Source: a virus. From it: 64,000 bases of DNA. Position 1 is the stretch's first letter. Every line of letters begins with the position of its first letter. The notes under the pieces were generated by a model. That model ran no database searches and had not been told where the DNA came from. It saw nothing but the letters and a program-made list of their open reading frames with translations. Position numbers and translations under genes: made by a program. This document shows positions 57,924 to 64,000 of the stretch, piece by piece. The stretch lies in the IMG/VR virus record IMGVR_UViG_3300027759_000073, positions 14,559-78,558 of that record; one strand, 5' to 3'.

Positions 57924-58664
57924 TTAGGCGAGATATCCGCCGTATGTCTCGCGATAGCGCGCGAGGTGGTTCATATCGTCATCAGAATAGCCTTCACCGT
58001 TCCAACGGGCTACGGCGTAGCGCGTAATCTCGTCACTATCCATTACTGGAATGAACGCGCGTAAGTCGGCTATTGCCTCAAAGTAGTCGGCGTGCATTGG
58101 GTCTAGCGCGATAGTGAGAAGGTTCACTAGTGAATAAGTCTCTAGCGCGTGTTCATCACCTAAGTCGCGTACTTTGCGGGCGTGTGTCTCGCGTAGCGCC
58201 GATACAAGTAGTTCGTTCGTGTTGCATATCGCTAGGTAGCCATCACGCTGTGCCGTCAATTCCGTAACTCTGTCCTGTTCCATTTTTAGCGCGTGTGCCA
58301 ATGCGGAATAGTCGGCTTGACTGTCAAGCGTGTCGGCGTGTGCCGTGTATGCGCTTGCCAATTCGGCTTGCACTTTGCCTAGTTCGTTCTTGTAGTACTT
58401 GTGCAAGTGTTTCGCCGTGTTCGCTGTGTTCTGTTCGCCTTGCTTCTCAACGAATACCCAAGCGCCCATAGCACCTAGACACACGCCGAAAAACACTAGA
58501 AAAATTACTACGCCGAACGCATTACCCGTTCCTAAATTGTAATCGTGTGCCAGTGACAAGGCGAACAAGCCACCAACGAAAACGCCAATAAGGCTAAGAA
58601 TTGTAATCATACCGCTAGTTTTTTCTAGCCAGTTGTCTAGTTTGTGTGTGAGTGTAGTTTTCAT
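57924..58664 (-). CDS. Two-TM membrane protein with coiled-coil C-terminus
   Basis: Two hydrophobic helices then a heptad-rich region; AAAGGA RBS. Confidence 0.7.
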   Translation of the reverse strand: MKTTLTHKLDNWLEKTSGMITILSLIGVFVGGLFALSLAHDYNLGTGNAFGVVIFLVFFGVCLGAMGAWVFVEKQGEQNTANTAKHLHKYYKNELGKVQAELASAYTAHADTLDSQADYSALAHALKMEQDRVTELTAQRDGYLAICNTNELLVSALRETHARKVRDLGDEHALETYSLVNLLTIALDPMHADYFEAIADLRAFIPVMDSDEITRYAVARWNGEGYSDDDMNHLARYRETYGGYLA

Positions 58665-58789
58665 TTTTTTTCCTTTTCAGTTTGGTTTGGTTTGGTTTGG
58701 TGAGTGTTGCCACTCTTACAATGCCCGCACTAGTCGGGCACTCTAAGAGTGTCACGGCGCAAGGGGTACGCCGTGACACACTCACTAGA

Positions 58790-59047
58790 TTAGTTCCAGT
58801 AGTTAGCACTCTCTAGTGAACGCTCTACTTGTGTAGCGCGTGCCTCACGGCTTGCGATAACGACACTGTCCACTGGTGCTAGGTAGTAATCACTTGGGCG
58901 TAGCGGTTGGTTGTTGTCTTGGTAAACGACACTCTCAACGCTTACGGCGTCCTCACGGATACCCCACACGCCGTGACGGTTGCGGTATGCGTAAGCGTTG
59001 CGAGGTAGCAACGCTAACTCTTTGGTACTGAATGGGCTTCTGTTCAT
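58790..59047 (-). CDS. Hypothetical early protein
   Basis: 85 aa with AAAGGA RBS and an upstream TATGAT. Confidence 0.6.
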   Translation of the reverse strand: MNRSPFSTKELALLPRNAYAYRNRHGVWGIREDAVSVESVVYQDNNQPLRPSDYYLAPVDSVVIASREARATQVERSLESANYWN

Positions 59048-59321
59048 TGGGTTTTTTCCTTTGCTATGTTCGGCGGTTTTGCCGATACCCCATCATAGGC
59101 ACAATGTTGGGGAATGTGTCAAGTCAATGCGCATATTTTCTAATTTTTTTCTATATTTTCCCGATATCCCGTCTAAGCCTTACGCCGTAAGGGTTTGCGC
59201 CATATCTGCCCTAATTGACGGCGGGCTATATATAGACACGCCAACACGGCGGGCGACACGGGCAGACACGACACGGGCACACGGCAGACACGGCAACGCC
59301 GACACGGTCACGCCGTAGCCT

Positions 59322-59349
59322 TGTGGATAACTCTAAGCCTTGTGGATAA
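59322..59349. promoter_or_regulatory. Second pair of DnaA boxes
   Basis: TGTGGATAA at 59322 and 59341, within duplicated AGCCTTGTGGATAACTC. Confidence 0.7.
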
Positions 59350-59749
59350 CTCAACCACTCTGAGTGTGATATATCAGCGGGGTAATATATCGGTGATATA
59401 TCAGCGGGGTTTGGGGGGTCGGGCGACCCGCACCCGAAGGGTGCCCCCGCCGCGAGAAAATGGTGTTCCAGACTGAATGATTTTATTTTGTTACGCTCCG
59501 TTTCCTCGGGCTGGGTCGTCCCTGCCCGCGACCCTTGAGCGTCCTCGCTCCCCTTGCGCCCTTGTCTCGACCCTCTGCGCCCTCGTCCCAACGCCAATAC
59601 CCCGCGCCGCTTTTTTAGCGGAGCCTCTGCCCGCCGCCCCTACCCTCCCCCTTCGGGAGTGTGGCTCGACCCTGGTGCCCGTGTTCGCCCTGGCGCGCGC
59701 CCTGAGCCTCTCTACGAAGCCCTAGGCGCGCCCTGGTGCGTCCTCGCGC

Positions 59750-59854
59750 CTACTTGCGCCCGCGAGCCCACAACACAAGCGCCACGATTAGGACGCTTGC
59801 TGTAGACACTGCAACGGCGGTACTTGCATTGTAGATGTCAAGTGTTACCTGCAT
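59750..59854 (-). CDS. Cassette A: 34-aa single-TM microprotein
   Basis: MQVTLDIYNASTAVAVSTASVLIVALVLWARGRK*; GAAGGGAG RBS; promoter TTGCAA-N17-TATAAT (59909..59881). Confidence 0.65.
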   Translation of the reverse strand: MQVTLDIYNASTAVAVSTASVLIVALVLWARGRK

Positions 59855-59928
59855 TGTGCTCCCTTCATTGGTATAAGTATATTATAGCACGGGTTGGCGG
59901 TAATTGCAACCACCAACCCGAACTATTT

Positions 59929-60222
59929 TCAGACGGTTACTAACTTCCGTAGTCCGACTGGGTAGCGCGCTACCGTGCCGTCTGCGTCAATGCGCCACGA
60001 GCCCGCCTTCTGGCAAGTGCTCACGCCAGTCTCGGCGTTGGTGGTTAGCAAGCGCCAGACTGAGCCCGTCATTGCGCCGTCATTGTGTTGCTTGCGCGAC
60101 AAGTCAAGCGTGTATCGGTTGCCGTCTACCTCATAGACATTGCCAATGCCCGTTGAGGCTATGCAGATATCCTTCCACGCGCTGAATATGTCGTGTGCCT
60201 CGCCTGCGTACACTTTGCCCAT
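59929..60222 (-). CDS. Cassette B: 97-aa hypothetical protein
   Basis: GAAGGGA RBS; promoter TTGTCG-N17-TATAAT (60289..60261). Confidence 0.75.
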   Translation of the reverse strand: MGKVYAGEAHDIFSAWKDICIASTGIGNVYEVDGNRYTLDLSRKQHNDGAMTGSVWRLLTTNAETGVSTCQKAGSWRIDADGTVARYPVGLRKLVTV

Positions 60223-60347
60223 TATGCGTTCCCTTCATTAGGTTGGTTGTTACTAATACTATTATATCACAATATCGCGAGCACGACAACCCCAAATAAT
60301 TATATCTTTGGGTTGCTAAGTATGCGAGAGTGTGCTATACTGTATAT

Positions 60348-60497
60348 ATGAACAACACACACAACTCACTCGCCAAGTGCGAAGGTGCGGACTGCACCAA
60401 CCTAACCGACATCGTCCTTTGCGATGACTGCACTGAGGAATACCTGTACGACTACGAACTCGCGCGGGACGACAGGGCTGAGGCGCGGTTGCGCTGA
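60348..60497 (+). CDS. Cassette C: leaderless 49-aa Cys4 microprotein
   Basis: MNNTHNSLAKCEGADCTNLTDIVLCDDCTEEYLYDYELARDDRAEARLR*; TTGCTA-N17-TATACT (60313..60341), 6 nt before ATG. Confidence 0.7.
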   Translation: MNNTHNSLAKCEGADCTNLTDIVLCDDCTEEYLYDYELARDDRAEARLR

Positions 60498-60992
60498 CGC
60501 CAACGGCGGGCGGGGCGTGAGCCTCGCCAACCCTCGCGACCCTCCTCCCGTGATATATCAACGGCATATCACCCTCGCGCCACCCTCGCGACCCTTCCCC
60601 CTCGGATAAGCCCTCAGTTAGACAATTATTTGCGCGCACAACCTGAAGCCCTGGGAGCGCCCTGGTGCCAACCCTTGGCGTGGTTCCAGTTCCCGCCGCC
60701 CGCCTCCCTCGCTCCCCTCGCGATGGCAAGCCCTGGGATAAGCCCTCAGTCTCGCAAACCCGCGCGCACGCGCCCTGGAGCCCTGGGTGAGCCCTTGCGC
60801 CAACCCTCGATATGAACGCCCGCGACCCTCTGTTTTTTTCTGAACGCCAACCCCGCGCGCCCTCCTGCGGATACGCCAACGCCACGCCCTGGCCCTCCTC
60901 TTTGCGGAGCCCTGGCGTGCCCTTGCGCCACCCTCGGGTGAGCCCTGGAGTGCGAAGCCCGCGCGCCTCTCCTCGGCTCTCTCCCTTGGTTG

Positions 60993-61052
60993 CTAGAACC
61001 TGCCTGCCCGTATTCCCGCGAGCAAGTGTGCGATGGTCATCATCAGTCTCAT
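60993..61052 (-). CDS. Cassette D: 19-aa peptide
   Basis: MRLMMTIAHLLAGIRAGRF*; GGAAGGA RBS; TTGCAT-N17-TATAAT (61110..61082). Confidence 0.5.
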   Translation of the reverse strand: MRLMMTIAHLLAGIRAGRF

Positions 61053-61134
61053 TTGGTTTCCTTCCATTAGGTTATGTATCTATTATAGCACGCCCCGCGA
61101 ACCAATGCAACCCGCGGGGCGACTATTTTCTAAA

Positions 61135-61377
61135 TTATTTTGCGAGCGACGCCCTCAACAATGCGTTGCGGAGTTTGCCCATTCCAACCTTGTCGGAGTG
61201 TGAGCCCCAACCTTCGGAGACTTGGGTCAGTTCGCCCTTGGTTAGTTCCGCCATCAAGGTGGAGTAGTGATAGATATGACGGGTGTCGCCGTCAATGTCT
61301 ACGGCTCGCCACGATGAAGCCTTGAATGAGCGCCCCGCCTTCACGGGCTTGGTTGCTAGGTCTGCTAATTTTGCCAT
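61135..61377 (-). CDS. Cassette E: 80-aa hypothetical protein
   Basis: MAKLADLATKPVKAGRSF...; GGAAGG RBS; TTGCAG-N17-TATACT (61456..61428). Confidence 0.72.
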   Translation of the reverse strand: MAKLADLATKPVKAGRSFKASSWRAVDIDGDTRHIYHYSTLMAELTKGELTQVSEGWGSHSDKVGMGKLRNALLRASLAK

Positions 61378-61729
61378 TGAGTTGCCTTCCGTTCGGGGCT
61401 TGCTGGTTGCTTGCCCTTGTATATACAAGTATAGCATTTTATAGCATACTCTGCAAGTCAAACGGGCAGATTTTTCTAAATTGTTTTGCCCTCAACGAGA
61501 CGCGCCCTGGCGCCCCTCCTGCGGCGCAAGCCCTCGAACAAGCCCTCAGTTGGACAATCCCTCGCGCTCACGCCCTGGAGCCCGTGGTGAGCCCTGGGTA
61601 TCCCGCGGGGGTTGGTCGCAAAACTGCAGGGCAAGCCCTCCCCCTATATTGTCCCCTGTGCGACCCTCCTGTGGGTATGCAGAAGCCCGCCCCGCGGGGG
61701 GTGCGGGTCGGGCTCTGCCTGTGGTCTTG

Positions 61730-61948
61730 CTACGCTTCCAGCGAGCGTGCAACCGTTCCTGTGAAGGTTGGGCTAACCCAGCGCAACACAATCGCCATTT
61801 CGGCACTGCGGTCACGAACAACCGCAACCTTTGCGCACTTCTCTACCCAAGCAACCGCTTCGGTGAGTGTGTCGCACGACATTACTTTGACGAGACCGCC
61901 ATCGCCCTCGTTGTCGTACTGCCAGTGAACTAGATACTGATTTTCCAT
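61730..61948 (-). CDS. Cassette F: 72-aa hypothetical protein
   Basis: AAGGGAG RBS; TTGCAT-N17-TATACT (62007..61979); GC hairpin downstream at about 61679-61718. Confidence 0.72.
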   Translation of the reverse strand: MENQYLVHWQYDNEGDGGLVKVMSCDTLTEAVAWVEKCAKVAVVRDRSAEMAIVLRWVSPTFTGTVARSLEA

Positions 61949-62036
61949 TTTGTTCTCCCTTGTTTCGTTGGTAATACAAGTATACCAATTCGTGCGACAA
62001 TATGCAAGTCAAACGGGTATATTTTCTAAATTATTT

Positions 62037-62240
62037 TTAGGACATAAAGTCCAGCGCCCTCTGCGCCCTCTGCTTCGCCCAAACCGTGCTGGCTTCCAGC
62101 GAGCCCGCGGCGTATGCGTGCCCGTAGTCCGCCACAAGTCCCTCGGGGTTCAGCCCGTCTAGGTACTCCACGATTTCCGTGAGTGCGTGTTCTAGGTCGG
62201 TGACCCTCGCCCTCAGTTGGTGTTCGGTGTATGTCTGCAT
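62037..62240 (-). CDS. Cassette G: 67-aa hypothetical protein
   Basis: GGAGGG RBS; TATAAT at 62275..62270 with no clear -35. Confidence 0.68.
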   Translation of the reverse strand: MQTYTEHQLRARVTDLEHALTEIVEYLDGLNPEGLVADYGHAYAAGSLEASTVWAKQRAQRALDFMS

Positions 62241-62320
62241 TTTATTTCCCTCCGTTGTGTTGTGAATAAATTATACCCAATGGGTGTCACACGGTTTCCC
62301 GCGCGCCCTCCCCCTTCGGG

Positions 62321-62452
62321 CTAGTAAAGTCCTCGGGCGATTTCTCGCTGTTGGTCTGCGATTTCGTCACAGAAACAATCGCAAGACCAAACCCCGCAGT
62401 CCTCGCAGGTTTGGATATCGTCCTCGGTGGTTGTGTTCGTTGTGTTTGTCAT
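62321..62452 (-). CDS. Cassette H: leaderless 43-aa Cys-rich microprotein
   Basis: MTNTTNTTTEDDIQTCEDCGVWSCDCFCDEIADQQREIARGLY*; TTGCAT-N17-TATACT (62487..62459), 6 nt before ATG. Confidence 0.7.
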   Translation of the reverse strand: MTNTTNTTTEDDIQTCEDCGVWSCDCFCDEIADQQREIARGLY

Positions 62453-62552
62453 AATAATAGTATAGCACACTATGCTACACAATGCAACCCCATTTCCAAA
62501 ATAAATAAAACTTTTTCCGACCCGTCGCCCTTGCGCCCTCACGCCCGCGGGG

Positions 62553-62711
62553 CTAGTTCAGCCACTCTCCGCAGTGTGCGCAGATTTTCACGCTACCGCC
62601 GAAGGGCAGTTTTTCGTAGTCGGTGGTTGAGCCACAAACAACGAGTGCGCCCTCGTCACTCACACAATAGGCTGGCAGGTGGATTTCGTGGTTGTTCAGT
62701 GTAATCGTCAT
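62553..62711 (-). CDS. Cassette I: leaderless 52-aa Cys4 microprotein
   Basis: MTITLNNHEIHLPAYCVSDEGALVVCGSTTDYEKLPFGGSVKICAHCGEWLN*; TTGTCA-N17-TATACT (62746..62718), 6 nt before ATG. Confidence 0.7.
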   Translation of the reverse strand: MTITLNNHEIHLPAYCVSDEGALVVCGSTTDYEKLPFGGSVKICAHCGEWLN

Positions 62712-62925
62712 ATATACAGTATAGCACACTCTGCCACGCTTGACAACTTATTTCCAAATATTTTTGCTGTCTGCCAGTCGCGCCCTCAGCGTCCCGCGTG
62801 CCCTCGCACCCTCGGATAAACCCTCAGTCTCGCTTTTTTTCCCACTCACGCCCTGGAGCCTTGGGGCACGGCTAATAGCCCGCGGGGTCGCCACTCCCGC
62901 GGGCTTGCGCCTTGCTTACTACCAC

Positions 62926-63057
62926 TTAGTGAGGCACGCCGTTCCAGTATGGGCGTGGCTCTGAAGGCTCGTCATACTCGTCATAACCCTCTGCTTCCAA
63001 CAATTCGTCTTCCCACCCTGGCTTCCACCCGTGGTCCAAGTCACCGTAGTTTGACAT
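62926..63057 (-). CDS. Cassette J: 43-aa acidic/aromatic microprotein
   Basis: MSNYGDLDHGWKPGWEDELLEAEGYDEYDEPSEPRPYWNGVPH*; GAAAGGA RBS; TTGCAT-N17-TATACT (63116..63088); hairpin at 62877-62905. Confidence 0.7.
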   Translation of the reverse strand: MSNYGDLDHGWKPGWEDELLEAEGYDEYDEPSEPRPYWNGVPH

Positions 63058-63345
63058 TTTGTTTCCTTTCGTTTGGCTGATATATACAGTATAGCACAAT
63101 ATCGCACGATATGCAAATTATTTCCAGATATTTTTCTAAGCGCCCTGGGCGTAGCCCAAGCCCTCGGACAAGCCCTCAGTCTCGCAAACTTTCCCTCGTT
63201 CACCCTGGAGCCCTGGAGCGTGCCCTGGGGCAATTCTTGGCTTGGTCGCCCGCGTGCCCAAACCCACCAGCCTCCGCCCGTGGGCAGATACGCCAATGCC
63301 CGCCCAGCGGGGGGGCTGGGCGGGCTGGCTCTGACTGACTGCCGT

Positions 63346-63603
63346 CTAGCGGTAGTACAGCCAGTTCTTGCGGAACGAGACTGCCGTTCCTTCGTAGTCG
63401 GCGTTAGCGTCACGGCTAATGGCATCAACCATTACTGGGGCGATAACAAGCGTGTCGGGCGTTGCCTTCGCCGTGCGTAGCGCACGGTTGCTGGCGAGGG
63501 CATAGGTCAAGCCGTTGTCTTGGCTGACCGCCATCGTGGTTTTGGCTTGGCTTGAGTTTGTCAAGCCTGACCACTGAATATTGCTATTGCGTGCTGGTCG
63601 CAT
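63346..63603 (-). CDS. Cassette K: 85-aa hypothetical protein
   Basis: GAAAGGGA RBS; TTGCGA-N17-TATAGT (63673..63645); hairpin GCCCGCCCAGC...GCTGGGCGGGC from 63298. Confidence 0.7.
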   Translation of the reverse strand: MRPARNSNIQWSGLTNSSQAKTTMAVSQDNGLTYALASNRALRTAKATPDTLVIAPVMVDAISRDANADYEGTAVSFRKNWLYYR

Positions 63604-64000
63604 ATTTCCCTTTCGCATAGGTACTTCGTTTTCCCTATGAATATACTATAGCACACTCTGTCACGGTTCGCAACCTAAAATAGAATTATTTTGGATATTC
63701 TTTTGATATATCACCGCCCGCACCCTCCTCCCTCCCTCGGCAGACCCACTAGCCTCCGCCCTGGCGCGCCTCTTGTAATGCGTCCTGGGGCGAGTTACGG
63801 GCTTGGGTGGGTGCTTGCCCCATATCGCCCTCGCGGAGCCCTGGGAGCCCTTGGGTGCGTCTGACGGGGCGAACAAGTGTTTGGGGGTCGTTTGCCACGA
63901 TATGCGCCCTCGTGCGATATTGTGCGAGTAAAAGTAAAATAAGCCCTCAGTCACGCAAAGTCCCGCGCGCCTCCCTCGGCACGCCCTGGAGCGTCTAGTG

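Larger units (their letters stand above)
60599..63992 (+). repeat. Dispersed bipartite repeat CCCTCGGATAAGCCCTCAGT-N20-CGCCCTGGAGCCCTGG (6 copies)
   Basis: Copies start at 60599, 60731, 61531, 62809 and 63161; a partial copy has its core at 63942. Confidence 0.85.

Noticed and set aside
60599-63992. CRISPR or TIGR-like array interpretation of the repeat
   Set aside because: Copies are dispersed and separated by genes, the 20-nt middles are partly similar to each other, and no cas or Nop-domain gene is evident in the window.
59226-63998. Long Arg/Pro/Gly/Ala-rich ORFs (e.g. 60316..60885, 61326..61928, 62919..63428)
   Set aside because: They arise from stop-poor GC-rich spacers and cross promoters and better-supported microgenes.
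59460-64000. Integron cassette array
   Set aside because: No integrase in the window, the repeats lack attC-type inverted core sites, and the cassettes carry their own promoters.
1-64000. tRNA/rRNA genes, introns, inteins, stop-codon recoding
   Set aside because: No cloverleaf or splice motifs noticed by eye; core genes are intact in the standard code. tRNAscan was not run.

Overview
The window is about 64 kb of a tailed dsDNA phage (siphovirus-like, HK97-fold head), read almost entirely on the minus strand. The host is probably a freshwater actinobacterium. This is an inference from the SSB ending in DEPPF, leaderless genes, a Gram-positive-type LexA box and an M15 peptidase lysin. Reading from high to low coordinates: (i) 57.4-64 kb is a compositionally distinct region. 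It holds an array of microgenes, each with its own sigma70-type promoter, separated by GC-rich spacers carrying a fixed-spacing bipartite repeat, plus DnaA boxes, a LexA box and apparent extra restriction-site depletion. It is a likely first-injected/host-takeover region. (ii) Terminase, HNH, secreted transglycosylase, nucleases and SSB. (iii) Portal-MuF fusion, a multidomain prohead protease containing a copy of a capsid peptide, scaffold-like protein, major capsid and head-tail connectors. (iv) Many tail-fibre and glycine-rich genes, the last with a His-rich insert. (v) A 10 kb block of modifying enzymes: two 2OG-Fe(II) oxygenases, a flavin halogenase, glycosyltransferases, a HAD-nucleotidyltransferase and a methyltransferase. 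(vi) A mucin-like surface protein, SNF2 helicase, holin and endolysin, major tail protein, tail chaperone with a probable frameshift, and a tape measure gene running off the window. All calls are from motif recognition by eye; no database searches were run.
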